Notes under the pieces: model-generated
Databases searched by the model: none
What the model saw: only the letters and a program-made list of their open reading frames with translations
What the model was told of the DNA's origin: nothing
In this document: positions 36,743 to 47,006 of the stretch, one piece after another
How the letters are laid out: each line of letters opens with the position of its first letter
How positions within the stretch are numbered: the stretch's first letter is position 1
Translations under genes and position numbers: made by a program
IMG/VR virus record: IMGVR_UViG_3300023174_005338
Coordinates: 248,001-312,000 of that record
DNA: 64,000 nt
Strand: one strand, 5' to 3'

Positions 36743-38821
36743 GTGGAAAACATGGACCCAAATGAATTACAAGCCGTATCCGAAGCCCTAGAACAACTGC
36801 GCCAAGGCGGTACTATTTCGGCCGAAACCTTGGCCAAACTGGGCGGAACCACGCAGAGTGTCAACAAGGCCCTAGAAGGTTACACCAAACGACTGCTGGG
36901 CGCGACCTCGGCCATAGGTGGCATGGCCAAGCAAGTGGCCGACGGCGAAGGCAGTTTCAAATCTCTAGGTGGTGCTATTTCGGGATTGACCGGCGTGGTT
37001 GGAAAACTGGCCAGTGCCATACCCTTGGTTGGTGGTGCAGCCAAGGCTCTGGCCGAAGGTGTAGGCGAAGCGGCCAAGTTTGTGCTGGATCAGTTGGATG
37101 TCATGGCCAAGAACTACCAAACTCTGGGCGACGCCAGCGCCACTGCTGCTGACGGGGTAGACGGATTATTACGCCAGTTCAATCAGATGGGCAACTACAG
37201 CCTACCGGCTTTTGCCAAAGCAGTAAAGGCCAACACTCAAGGACTGGCAGCACTTAGTGGAACAGCTGCCCTGGGTGCCGAAGAGCTCAGCAAAGTGTCC
37301 GGAGTATTGACCACCGGCGACACTGCCAGAAAGTTTTTAAAACTGGGCATAGGATTAGATGCTGTGGGAGATGCCACAGCACAGTACCTAGCTGACAGTG
37401 CCAGATATGGCATTACTCAAGGCGCTACTACGGAACAATTGACCAAAAAAACACAAGACTACATTGTAGAAGTCGACAAGATAGCCCGACTCACAGGACA
37501 GACACGAGAACAACAACAACGAGAAGCACAGAAAAGTCTAGTGGATGCTAGATTCCGCGCCAAGCTGGCAGAAATGACAGCCAATGGACAAAAGGATCAA
37601 GCAGACCAGTTGAGATTGTACGTAGACGGGCTGGGCGGAGCTGCTGGAGATGCTGCCCGTGCCTTGGTCACAGGAATTCCGTTGACCAAAGAGGCTGCAG
37701 AAGCCAACTTGTTTACCGGTGATGCCCTTAGACAAAATACACAAGATATCATAGCAGGAAACAAAAGATCTGTGCAGGCCATAGCCGACACTGAAGAAGC
37801 CATGTCAAGAGGAGCAGACACATTTGGCACTCTAGCTCAATACGGCAAAGATTTAGGCGGCCTCACTGTGCAGAGCTTGGATGCCAAGGCCAGAATACAA
37901 AACAAAACATCCTTGCAACGTCAGCAAGAAATTTCAGACGCCCAAGAAAAAACAGCCAATGCAGCAGGCAAGGCCACAGAAGAGTTTACAGACGCACAGT
38001 TGGCCACAGCCGGCGCCAGCAAAAATCTACAAAGCCTGGGCTTTAGTCTAGCTACCTATGCCGTGCCCGCAGTCAACAAGTTTGCCTCGGCATTGGAATC
38101 AGTTACCGGCAGCATGAACAAGTATCTTGGAGTAGGCGGCACCAAATCAACTCCTGCTGGTGTGGATCGTGGTGCTGCCGGCGGACCCAGAGCTGCCATG
38201 GGCGGTGTGGTTCCGGGTAGATCGGTAACCATTGGTGATCAAACTAGAACTGGAGGCGACCGCAACTGGCGCAATAACAATCCAGGCAATATTGAATATG
38301 GACCATTTGCCATCAAATATGGTGCCATTGGCAGCGACGGCAGATTTGCCATATTCCCCACAGAAGAACAAGGTCGCATGGCACAAGATGCCTTGCTCAA
38401 AAGCAAAAACTATGCCAACTTGAGCCTGGCAGATGCTGTCAAACGTTATGCTCCATCCAACGAAAACGACCCCAAATCATATGCTCGCCAGATAATGGCT
38501 CAGACTGGCATTGACCAAAACATGCGATATGCTGATCTCACTCCAGAACAACAAAGTCGAGTATTGGATGCCATGAAACGCATCGAAGGCGGACGAGCCG
38601 GTACAATCAGTGGACCTTCGGGCAATTATTCCAGTACCATGTCTGGGGTCAATCCACCATCGGCCGGTGTCACCACACAAGCACAAGCTGATGCCAATTC
38701 TGAAGAAGTTAGGTCCGTTAATCCGCTGAACAAAATGGTCACTCTGTTGACCGAATTGGTAAGAACCGAGCAACAGGCCACGGCCTATCAACGACAAATA
38801 TTACAGAATAGCAAGGCATAG
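36743..38821 (+). CDS. Tape-measure-like protein with a C-terminal lysozyme-like domain
   Basis: A/G/L-rich helical body; C-terminal RNNNPGNIEY…FAIFPTEEQG…YAPSNENDPKSY. Confidence 0.65.
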   Translation: MENMDPNELQAVSEALEQLRQGGTISAETLAKLGGTTQSVNKALEGYTKRLLGATSAIGGMAKQVADGEGSFKSLGGAISGLTGVVGKLASAIPLVGGAAKALAEGVGEAAKFVLDQLDVMAKNYQTLGDASATAADGVDGLLRQFNQMGNYSLPAFAKAVKANTQGLAALSGTAALGAEELSKVSGVLTTGDTARKFLKLGIGLDAVGDATAQYLADSARYGITQGATTEQLTKKTQDYIVEVDKIARLTGQTREQQQREAQKSLVDARFRAKLAEMTANGQKDQADQLRLYVDGLGGAAGDAARALVTGIPLTKEAAEANLFTGDALRQNTQDIIAGNKRSVQAIADTEEAMSRGADTFGTLAQYGKDLGGLTVQSLDAKARIQNKTSLQRQQEISDAQEKTANAAGKATEEFTDAQLATAGASKNLQSLGFSLATYAVPAVNKFASALESVTGSMNKYLGVGGTKSTPAGVDRGAAGGPRAAMGGVVPGRSVTIGDQTRTGGDRNWRNNNPGNIEYGPFAIKYGAIGSDGRFAIFPTEEQGRMAQDALLKSKNYANLSLADAVKRYAPSNENDPKSYARQIMAQTGIDQNMRYADLTPEQQSRVLDAMKRIEGGRAGTISGPSGNYSSTMSGVNPPSAGVTTQAQADANSEEVRSVNPLNKMVTLLTELVRTEQQATAYQRQILQNSKA

Positions 38822-38838
38822 CCGCTAAATATACTACC

Positions 38839-40662
38839 ATGGCAGACAACGACAACAACCGCAAGCGCGGCTGGAAAAAGTACTTTAGAGTAGCCAACAC
38901 CGGCGGACAGCTCAGTCCAATTTCAGGACAAAATCAATTTGGCCTGCCCAACTATCCCAGACAAACCGGTGTAGGATACTCAGACGGCACTGGAACACCC
39001 AATGACTTTGCGTTTCGCAACTATGCGTCACGCCTGCCCGAAGTATATTCGGGTCATCCCAACCGTATTGAACGCTACAATCAGTATGAAAACATGGACT
39101 GCGATTCGGAAGTCAATGCCTGTTTAGATATCATAGCTGAATTCTCGACGCAGATAAATCCTGACAACAAAACGCCGTTTGACATTGTGTTCAACGACAA
39201 GCCCACTGATCACGAAGTGGAAATCATCAAAAAACAACTGCAACAGTGGACCAAGTTAAATCAGCTGGATCAGCGCATATTCAAACTGTTCCGCAACACC
39301 ATCAAGTATGGCGATCAGGTGTTTGTGCGCGACCCAGAAACCTTTGAAATGATGTGGGTGGACATGGTCAAAGTGGCACGTGTGATCGTCAACGAAAGCG
39401 AAGGCAAGCGCCCTGAACAGTACATCATACGCGACATAAATCCCAATTTCCAAAACATGAGCGTGGCACAAAAGACCACAAGTGACTACTATGTGAGTCG
39501 TGCCACAGGTGTAGCAGGTCAAAACAACTATACCGCACCCAATGGTGGTGGCTATGGTGGCGCAGGTGGCGGCACTGGCAACAGCAGATTCACACAGGCC
39601 ATGAATGAAACCTGTATTGATGCACGGCACGTGGTGCATTTGAGCTTGAACGAAGGCTTGGATTTCTTTTGGCCGTTTGGACAAAGTATCCTGGAAAACA
39701 TATTCAAAGTGTTCAAACAAAAAGAACTGCTGGAAGATTCAGTGCTGATCTATCGTGTGCAACGTGCTCCAGAGCGCAGAATCTTCAAAATTGACGTGGG
39801 CAACATGCCCAGCCACATGGCCATGCAGTTTGTGGAACGGGTCAAAAACGAAATGCATCAGCGTCGTATTCCTACCAACACCGGCGGTGGTGCCAACATG
39901 ATGGATGCCAGTTATAATCCGTTGAGCATCAACGAAGACTACTTTTTTCCTGTAGGCGAAGGTGGTCGCGGATCTGACGTGACCACTCTGCCGGGTGGCT
40001 CAAACCTGGGCGAAATTGACGATTTGAAATACTTCAACAACAAGATGGCCCGCGGTCTGCGTGTGCCTTCAAGCTATCTGCCCACTGGCCCCGACGACTC
40101 TGATCGTGCCATGAACGATGGACGTGTGGGCACAGCACTCATACAAGAATACCGATTTAACCAATACTGTATGCGTCTGCAACGTGCCATAATGCAGAAG
40201 TTGGACGACGAGTTCAAGATGTTCCTACGCTGGAGAGGATTCAACATCGATGCAGGTCTGTTTGCTATCACGTTCTGCGAGCCGCAGAATTTTGCATCGT
40301 ATCGTCAAAGCGAGTTGGACACCAGTCGCATAGCTTCGTTCTCACAACTGGAACCCATGCCCTACATGAGCAAACGCTTTATGATGAAACGCTATCTGGG
40401 CCTCAGCGACGAAGAGATCCTGGAAAACGAGCAAATGTGGCAAGAAGAACGCGACGAGCCCGAACTCAGCACCACACAAGGTCAAGATCTGCGAAGCATT
40501 GGTATCACTCCAGCCGGCCTTGAGCAAGACATTGCCACCGGACAAGAACTAGCCGGCGCTGAAACAGGCGTAGAAGCTGGCGCCCCACAGGGCGGTGTTG
40601 CACCAGTCACAGCGCCAGGCACAGCGGCTCCGGCCGGTGCTCCTCCAATACCCACAATCTAA
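38839..40662 (+). CDS. gp20: Portal protein
   Basis: YENMDCDSEVNACLDII; LLEDSVLIYRVQRAPERRIFKIDVGNMP; EDYFFP…TLPGG.NLGEIDDLKYF…LRVPSSYL. Confidence 0.93.
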   Translation: MADNDNNRKRGWKKYFRVANTGGQLSPISGQNQFGLPNYPRQTGVGYSDGTGTPNDFAFRNYASRLPEVYSGHPNRIERYNQYENMDCDSEVNACLDIIAEFSTQINPDNKTPFDIVFNDKPTDHEVEIIKKQLQQWTKLNQLDQRIFKLFRNTIKYGDQVFVRDPETFEMMWVDMVKVARVIVNESEGKRPEQYIIRDINPNFQNMSVAQKTTSDYYVSRATGVAGQNNYTAPNGGGYGGAGGGTGNSRFTQAMNETCIDARHVVHLSLNEGLDFFWPFGQSILENIFKVFKQKELLEDSVLIYRVQRAPERRIFKIDVGNMPSHMAMQFVERVKNEMHQRRIPTNTGGGANMMDASYNPLSINEDYFFPVGEGGRGSDVTTLPGGSNLGEIDDLKYFNNKMARGLRVPSSYLPTGPDDSDRAMNDGRVGTALIQEYRFNQYCMRLQRAIMQKLDDEFKMFLRWRGFNIDAGLFAITFCEPQNFASYRQSELDTSRIASFSQLEPMPYMSKRFMMKRYLGLSDEEILENEQMWQEERDEPELSTTQGQDLRSIGITPAGLEQDIATGQELAGAETGVEAGAPQGGVAPVTAPGTAAPAGAPPIPTI

Positions 40663-40673
40663 TAAATACTGAC

Positions 40674-40895
40674 ATGATACTCAAAGAAATCTACGAACGT
40701 AGTCCCGAAGCTTATCAGGATGTGAGCCAAGACAACAGCCAACCCAGACTGGGTGATCTGCGTAAAACACGCCTGACCCTGCGCCAGCTCAACAAACTGC
40801 GCCAGATGAACGACGTAAGAACCTACGAATACAAAGAAAAACTCAAGCAGGTCAAGAAGCAATACGCACCACCGGCTGCCCCGCCAGCACTGTAA
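40674..40895 (+). CDS. Small head-module protein (73 aa)
   Basis: Lies between portal and core genes; TAAATA 5 nt upstream of the ATG; RKTRLTLRQLNKLRQM. Confidence 0.65.
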   Translation: MILKEIYERSPEAYQDVSQDNSQPRLGDLRKTRLTLRQLNKLRQMNDVRTYEYKEKLKQVKKQYAPPAAPPAL

Positions 40896-40994
40896 CAAAA
40901 AAGTCAAAAAACACCCAGTTTTCCACCTCAAAACTACTAATATTACTTGTTAATAGTAAATATCTAACGAGCCATAACCTACGAAGGAGATAAT

Positions 40995-41855
40995 ATGACA
41001 TCGAAATTTGAACAGTTGATCGAATACGTGATCAACGACGAAGAGGCGAAAGCCAAAGAACTTTTCCACGATATCGTGGTAGAAAAGTCACGTGAAATCT
41101 ACGAAAACCTCATGAGCGAAGAAGAGCTTGATGAAGCCGAGTCCACAGACAAAGAAGACGAAAAAGCTGAAAAAGCCGGCGAAAAAGTCACCAAGGACAT
41201 CGAATACGACGACAAAAAAGATCGTAAAGAGCGCATGGACGAGGAAGAAGACGAAGAGATGGATGAAGGCATGATGGGCGGCGACGCCAGTGATGACTTG
41301 ATCGACGACGTTGAAGCCGAAGAAACCGGCATGGAAATGGCCGAAGGCGAAGGCGAAGAAGATTTGGAAGATCGCGTAGTTGACTTGGAAGACAAGCTCG
41401 ACGAACTCATGGCCGAATTTGAATCACTTATGGGTGACAACGGCGACTCAGTAGGTGACGAAATGGGCGGTGACGACTTAGAAATGGACGACACAGAAAC
41501 AGCCGATTTTGACATGGGCGACGGTGAAGAAGAAGAGTCTGATTCAGAAGAAATTGAAATGGGCATGATGGAAGCTATTAACCTAGCCAAAGCTCCTGCT
41601 CCTGTAACGTCTGAGCCAGCCGGTACTAACACCAAAAGCACAAACGCCAACAACAGTGGCGCCAAAGGTGCAATGGCACACCCTGTAAAAATGACAGGTG
41701 ACACAGCAGAAGGTCGCCCAGCTCCTAAAGCTGGTGAGTTGATCGGTAAAGTGCAAAACAGCGTAGGCGGTGACAAGAAAATGACACCGGCTACCAAGCC
41801 ACATCTTGCACAAGCCACTGGTGTAAACACAAAAACTCCATTTCCCAAGGCATAA
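40995..41855 (+). CDS. Acidic prohead core protein
   Basis: Very D/E-rich; AAGGAG Shine-Dalgarno; sits between portal and protease, like T4 gp67/68. Confidence 0.65.
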   Translation: MTSKFEQLIEYVINDEEAKAKELFHDIVVEKSREIYENLMSEEELDEAESTDKEDEKAEKAGEKVTKDIEYDDKKDRKERMDEEEDEEMDEGMMGGDASDDLIDDVEAEETGMEMAEGEGEEDLEDRVVDLEDKLDELMAEFESLMGDNGDSVGDEMGGDDLEMDDTETADFDMGDGEEEESDSEEIEMGMMEAINLAKAPAPVTSEPAGTNTKSTNANNSGAKGAMAHPVKMTGDTAEGRPAPKAGELIGKVQNSVGGDKKMTPATKPHLAQATGVNTKTPFPKA

Positions 41856-41864
41856 TAGTTAGAT

Positions 41865-42503
41865 ATGGCTCGCTATCTAAGAGAACATCTAAGCTTCACT
41901 CAGGCAAGAGCAGAAATCTTGCTTGAGGAAGCTGCGGATGGATCTGGCAAGAACCTGTACCTCAAAGGCATCTGCATTGAGGGCGGTGTTCGCAACGCCA
42001 ACGAACGAGTATATCCTGTCAACGAAATAGCCAAGGCAGTAGACACCATCAACGAACAGATCAAGACTGGTCACAGTGTCCTGGGTGAAGTAGATCACCC
42101 CGAAGACTTGAAGATCAATCTGGATCGTGTTAGTCACATGATCTGCAATATGTGGATGGATGGCCCTGCTGGATATGGAAAATTAAAGATATTGCCCACA
42201 CCCATGGGCGAGCTGGTCAAAACCATGCTCACTAGCGGTGTGAAATTAGGTGTTAGCAGTCGTGGCAGCGGTAACGTCAACGACGCCAACGGACATGTCA
42301 GTGATTTTGAAATTGTCACTGTAGATGTGGTCGCTCAGCCCAGCGCTCCCAATGCATATCCCACAGCAATCTACGAAGGCCTGTTAAATCATGCCGGCGG
42401 AGCCAGACTGTTGGAAATGTTCAAGGACCCAGCCAAGAGCGGCAAAGCACAGAGATACGTAAAAAGCGAAGTAATGCGCCTGATACGTGGTCTCAAAATC
42501 TAG
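41865..42503 (+). CDS. gp21: Prohead protease
   Basis: NANERVYP, LGEVDHP, LGVSSRGSG, DVVAQPSAPNAY. Confidence 0.92.
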   Translation: MARYLREHLSFTQARAEILLEEAADGSGKNLYLKGICIEGGVRNANERVYPVNEIAKAVDTINEQIKTGHSVLGEVDHPEDLKINLDRVSHMICNMWMDGPAGYGKLKILPTPMGELVKTMLTSGVKLGVSSRGSGNVNDANGHVSDFEIVTVDVVAQPSAPNAYPTAIYEGLLNHAGGARLLEMFKDPAKSGKAQRYVKSEVMRLIRGLKI

Positions 42504-42514
42504 GAGAAATAAGC

Positions 42515-43615
42515 ATGCAAGATGCTATTAAACCGTTACTAGATAGCGAACTATTAAGCGAAGAAGCTCAGCAAGAAATCACTGAGGCTTGGGAAACCAA
42601 GTTAAATGAAGCCCGCGAACAAGTACGTGCAGAACTCCGCGAAGAGTTTGCACAACGCTATGAGCATGACAAACAAGTGATGGTGGAAGCCCTGGATCGT
42701 ATGGTAACAGAAGGTCTCACCGCAGAAGTCCAAGCAGTGCAAGCCGAAAAGCAAGCACTGGCCGAAGACCGTGTCAAATTCCAAGCTCGTATCAAAGAAG
42801 ATGCTACCAAGTTTAACAACTTCATGATCACCAAATTAGCTGAAGAAATTGGCGAACTGCGCCGAGATCGCAAGACACACAACGAAGGAATAGAGAAGTT
42901 AGAATCATTCGTTGTTCACGCTCTTGCACGCGAGATTCAAGAATTTGCCGAAGACAAACAAGATGTGGTCAACACAAAAGTGCGTCTAGTGGCCGAAGCT
43001 CGCACCAAGTTGGAACAATTGAAAAGCCGTTTCGTCGCAGAATCAGCCCGTAAAATGTCCAACGCTGTTAGCCAACATCTCAAGGCTGAACTCAACCAAC
43101 TCAAAGAAGATATCCAAGTTGCTCGCGAGAACAATTTTGGACGCAGAATCTTTGAAGCATACGCCACTGAATTTGGTGCAACTCATCTCAATGAGAAAGC
43201 CGAAGTGCGTAAACTACATGACATCATTGCAAGCAAAGATGCCAAGTTGGCTGAAGCCGTCCAATTCACCCAGAAAGCCAAAGTTCTGGTTGAATCAAAA
43301 GAACGCGAGATCCGCATGATACGTGAATCCAATCAACGCGAAAGCGCCATGGAAGAACTGCTCGCTCCTCTCAATGAAGAGAAGCGCGAAATCATGAAGA
43401 ACTTGCTCGAAAGCGTACAGACAAGTCGTTTGTCCAATGCTTTTGAAAAGTATCTACCAGCTGTACTAGCCGAAGGTACTGTGAAAGCCCGTAAAGTGAT
43501 CACAGAAACTGTTAGCGTGGCCACTGGCGATAAATCTGCCCGCAGTCCAGATGCAGATCAAGCGGCTGACAATGTCAGCAACGTGATCGATCTCAAGCGT
43601 TTGGCAGGGCTGTAA
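42515..43615 (+). CDS. gp22: Prohead scaffolding protein
   Basis: Coiled-coil, E/K/A-rich, 366 aa; lies between protease and capsid. Confidence 0.75.
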   Translation: MQDAIKPLLDSELLSEEAQQEITEAWETKLNEAREQVRAELREEFAQRYEHDKQVMVEALDRMVTEGLTAEVQAVQAEKQALAEDRVKFQARIKEDATKFNNFMITKLAEEIGELRRDRKTHNEGIEKLESFVVHALAREIQEFAEDKQDVVNTKVRLVAEARTKLEQLKSRFVAESARKMSNAVSQHLKAELNQLKEDIQVARENNFGRRIFEAYATEFGATHLNEKAEVRKLHDIIASKDAKLAEAVQFTQKAKVLVESKEREIRMIRESNQRESAMEELLAPLNEEKREIMKNLLESVQTSRLSNAFEKYLPAVLAEGTVKARKVITETVSVATGDKSARSPDADQAADNVSNVIDLKRLAGL

Positions 43616-43642
43616 CCCAAGACATAATAAAAGGAGACTTAA

Positions 43643-44839
43643 ATGTCACAAGAATTATTAGAAGGCCGTTGGGACGAAACCAAAGATGCACTCTTGGAAG
43701 GTTTATCCGGATCCAAGCGTAGCTCAATGAGTGTAATCCTTGAAAATACCAAGAAGTACTTGCGTGAGAACGCTTCTTCTGGTTCCACAGTATCTGGCAA
43801 CATCGCTACATTAAACCGTGTGATTCTGCCAGTGATCCGTCGTGTTATGCCAACCGTTATCGCTAACGAGTTGGTTGGTGTTCAACCAATGACAGGTCCT
43901 GTAGGTCAAATCCACACATTACGTGTTCGCTATGCACAGAGCTTGAATGACACATCAGCAGCCGCCACAAGCGTTGCAGCTGGTTCTGAAGCTTTGAGCC
44001 CATTCACAATCGCTACAGCTTACTCTACTGTACCTCAAGCTACCGCAACAGCTACAGGTTACACAGGTAACAACACAGCGACCATGGAAGGCACAGGCGG
44101 TAAGCAAATTTCCGTACAGATCTTGAAGCAAGCTGTTGAAGCTAAGACACGCAAACTCCAAGCTCGTTGGACATTTGAATCTGCACAAGACGCACAAGCC
44201 ATGCATGGCATTGACGTTGAAGCAGAAATCATGGCTGCTCTTGCACAAGAGATCACAGCTGAGATCGACCAAGAAATCCTGTTGAGCTTGAGCACATTGG
44301 CTGCTACAGAGTTTACATACAACCAAGCTACTGTGTCTGGTACAGCAACATTCGTTGGTGATGAGCATGCCGCTTTGGCAGTGTTGATCAACCGCGTTGC
44401 TAACTTGATCGCTCAGCGTACACGTCGTGGCGCTGGTAACTTTGCTGTTGTATCTCCAGCAAGTTTGACAGTGTTGCAATCTGCAACAACATCAGCTTTT
44501 GCTCGCACAACAGAAGGCACATTTGAAGCACCCACAAACACCAAGTTTGTTGGTACACTCAATGGCGCAATGCGTGTGTTCTGCAACAGCTACGCCGCTG
44601 ACACAGCTAGTGTGTTGGTAGGTTATAAGGGTACGAGCGAGGCAGATGCTGCCGCGTTCTATTGCCCATATATTCCTTTAATGAGCAGCGGTGTTGTTCT
44701 TGATCCATCAACATTCGAACCAGTCGTATCATTTATGACGAGATATGGCTTCGTAGAATTGACAAATACTGCAAGTTCCTTCGGTAACGCTGCAGATTAT
44801 GTGGGAGAAATAGCAGTACAAAATTTATCATTCTCATGA
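43643..44839 (+). CDS. gp23: Major capsid protein
   Basis: LVGVQPMTGPVGQI, VEAKTRKLQARWTFESAQD…HGIDVEAE…EIDQEI, FYCPYIPL, FEPVVSFMTRYG; AAGGAG Shine-Dalgarno. Confidence 0.95.
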   Translation: MSQELLEGRWDETKDALLEGLSGSKRSSMSVILENTKKYLRENASSGSTVSGNIATLNRVILPVIRRVMPTVIANELVGVQPMTGPVGQIHTLRVRYAQSLNDTSAAATSVAAGSEALSPFTIATAYSTVPQATATATGYTGNNTATMEGTGGKQISVQILKQAVEAKTRKLQARWTFESAQDAQAMHGIDVEAEIMAALAQEITAEIDQEILLSLSTLAATEFTYNQATVSGTATFVGDEHAALAVLINRVANLIAQRTRRGAGNFAVVSPASLTVLQSATTSAFARTTEGTFEAPTNTKFVGTLNGAMRVFCNSYAADTASVLVGYKGTSEADAAAFYCPYIPLMSSGVVLDPSTFEPVVSFMTRYGFVELTNTASSFGNAADYVGEIAVQNLSFS

Positions 44840-44890
44840 TCAAATCAGTACTACATTTCTAAATGTAAAATTCTCAGGGATGGGAAGCAG

Positions 44891-44914
44891 AAAAGCGCCG
44901 AAAGGCGCTTTTTT
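44891..44914 (+). terminator. Rho-independent terminator after the capsid gene
   Basis: AAAAGCGCC-GAAA-GGCGCTTTT followed by further T residues. Confidence 0.85.
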
Positions 44915-44961
44915 GTTGATTACAAGTTTAGGTAAAAGTGAGGTTTATCATAAATAATATT

Positions 44962-45720
44962 ATGAACAAATACAAAACTTGGTATAACAACATTACTGAA
45001 AACGCCAAAACTCGTATATCGGATGGATATACGGAACGGCATCACATTATCCCTCGAAGCCTAGGCGGATCTGACAGTAAAGAAAACTTAGTTGATCTCA
45101 CAGCCAGAGAACATTTCATATGTCATTGGTTACTGATTAAAATGCATACTGGCGAATCAAAAGCTAAAATGATTTATGCTCTAAATGGTATGAAACGAAA
45201 TGGCAGATTTAACGAAAGATATGAAACCAAAATAACAAGTAGAGTTTATGAAAAGCTCAAACAAGAATTTTCTCTTATACACTCTGCCAACATGAAAGGT
45301 CGCACTGCCCACAATAAAGGTGTTCCTGCCACAGAAGAACAAAAAGAAAAAAATAGGCTGGCCGCAAAAGGTAGGAAGATGAGTCCAGAATCAATCGCGA
45401 AAGGTGTAGCCAAGCGCCGCGGACAAAAAAGAACAGAAGAGCAAAAGGCAAAAATTGCAAAATCAGTAAAAGAAGCACTTGCTAAAAACCCAAGAGGCCC
45501 AATGAGCGATGAACATAAGTTAAAAAGGTCATTAGCATCATTGGGTAAACCAAAGCCAGCTGGGCATACTGAAAGAAGACTTGCGACTCTTGCCAAGCAG
45601 TTGGCAGAAGGCACGCATTATAGTCAACAAAAAAAGACCTGTCCACACTGCGGAGTAGTTGCAAGTAAAGGTCCTTACACAAGGTATCACGGACCTCACT
45701 GCCAGGCCCTCAAACCTTAA
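44962..45720 (+). CDS. Free-standing HNH homing endonuclease with NUMOD3-like basic repeats
   Basis: YTERHHIIPRSLGGSDSKENLVDLTAREHFICHWLL; basic repeats (MSPESIAK, RTEEQKAKI, MSDEHKLK); C-terminal CPHC; AT-rich. ATG at 44962 preferred. Confidence 0.85.
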   Translation: MNKYKTWYNNITENAKTRISDGYTERHHIIPRSLGGSDSKENLVDLTAREHFICHWLLIKMHTGESKAKMIYALNGMKRNGRFNERYETKITSRVYEKLKQEFSLIHSANMKGRTAHNKGVPATEEQKEKNRLAAKGRKMSPESIAKGVAKRRGQKRTEEQKAKIAKSVKEALAKNPRGPMSDEHKLKRSLASLGKPKPAGHTERRLATLAKQLAEGTHYSQQKKTCPHCGVVASKGPYTRYHGPHCQALKP

Positions 45721-46862
45721 ACCTTGAACCAGCCCAGGTACTGATGTATACGATCTGTGACCGACGCCCAGTCACCCATGGCAGGTTGACGGAACAGTCG
45801 GGCAGTGGTATACCATGGACTGCTGTCACGATCCAGCAACCAACGCCAATCCAAGGCAAATTGACTCAGCATGACCCAGACCGGACGACCCAGAGCACCA
45901 GCCAAGTGTGCCACAGCAGTGTCTACCGCAAGTACCACATCCATGTGCATGATCAAGGCCGCCGAGTCTGCAAAACTTTGTATGGCACCCGGGTAGGCCT
46001 TGACGCCGGCAGACAACAACTCAGCTTCTTCCTCTGCGGTGCAATCAACCTGTAGGTTGACCCACTCGTAGTGGGGATTTCTTTTTATCAATGACAACAT
46101 TTCGCCAAAGGGCATGGCCTTGTGTCGATTGATCCAGGTATCTCTGCGACCCGACCAACAAAATCCCACACGCAGGCGTGTTTTTGGACCCAACTGTTGT
46201 TGCCAGGCCTGTTGCAATTTGGCATCAGCGGTTAGATAGTACTGTACACTGGCAAGATTTTCCAGGGTCGATCCAACGATGCCTGGGATACTCATGATAG
46301 GAGTCCAATAGTCAAATGCCGGCAATGTTTCACCAAATGCAACAATGGTCTTGATTTCTGGACTTTGAAACAACGGTATCAACAATTTGTCAACAACCAA
46401 CACAGACTGTGCACCTCTTGCGGTAATGTCGGTTACAAATCTCACAAACTGTATGTTATCGCCATGCCCCTGCTCGCCAATGATCAACACGGTTTTGCCC
46501 GTGATGTCCTGGCCAGTCCAACGCGGCTGATCAAATTTTGGCAGTGTGCCAGCTAGATGTTCGTAGTTCCAGCGTGTTTCGTACTGCGGCCAACCACGGG
46601 CATAATCACCCATCAACAGATAGGCCACGGCCAAATTAAATGGAGCGGTAGGATGGCCTGGAGCCAACTGCATGCTTCGTTGCAAAAACGGAACAGCACC
46701 TGCAGGATCACCGCACTCGCGTAGCACATTGCCATAGTTGTTGAATGCACTGGCCGAATTTCTATCTTGAATCAAGGCCTGTGCATAGTATTGTAGAGCC
46801 AGTTCGGGGGTGTTGTTTTCCCGGGCTTGATTGCCTAACGCTATGAGTTCTTCTGTGTGCAT
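45717..46862 (-). CDS. TPR-repeat protein with a GT-B glycosyltransferase (GT9-like) domain
   Basis: TPR helices, then YETRW, EQGHGDNIQFVRF, RVGFCWSG, DVVLAVDTAVAHLAGALG, DWRW…SPWY. ATG at 46862 lies 5 nt after TAAATA; the track uses 46883. Confidence 0.8.
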   Translation of the reverse strand: MHTEELIALGNQARENNTPELALQYYAQALIQDRNSASAFNNYGNVLRECGDPAGAVPFLQRSMQLAPGHPTAPFNLAVAYLLMGDYARGWPQYETRWNYEHLAGTLPKFDQPRWTGQDITGKTVLIIGEQGHGDNIQFVRFVTDITARGAQSVLVVDKLLIPLFQSPEIKTIVAFGETLPAFDYWTPIMSIPGIVGSTLENLASVQYYLTADAKLQQAWQQQLGPKTRLRVGFCWSGRRDTWINRHKAMPFGEMLSLIKRNPHYEWVNLQVDCTAEEEAELLSAGVKAYPGAIQSFADSAALIMHMDVVLAVDTAVAHLAGALGRPVWVMLSQFALDWRWLLDRDSSPWYTTARLFRQPAMGDWASVTDRIHQYLGWFKV

Positions 46863-46921
46863 GGTTCTATTTAATTTGTGCATAGATCTCCAAAATATTT
46901 GTTGTTGAATAAATACTTGTC

Positions 46922-46978
46922 AACGCAATCCTGCGTTTTATGCGGCTCTAACCCAGCCGCGTAGTCGCTAGAACCGAC
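46922..46978 (+). promoter_or_regulatory. Structured 5' leader with three tandem hairpins
   Basis: AACGCA/TGCGTT, TATGCGGCT/AGCCGCGTA and GTCG/CGAC stems between TAAATA (46910-15) and the AAGGAG Shine-Dalgarno. Confidence 0.5.
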
Positions 46979-47006
46979 ATTGGGCTTCTTTAAGGAGAAA
47001 ACAAAA

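Noticed and set aside
23635-44839. Inteins or introns in gp46, gp47, portal or capsid
   Set aside because: Lengths and motif spacing look ordinary, and no splice-junction motifs were seen.
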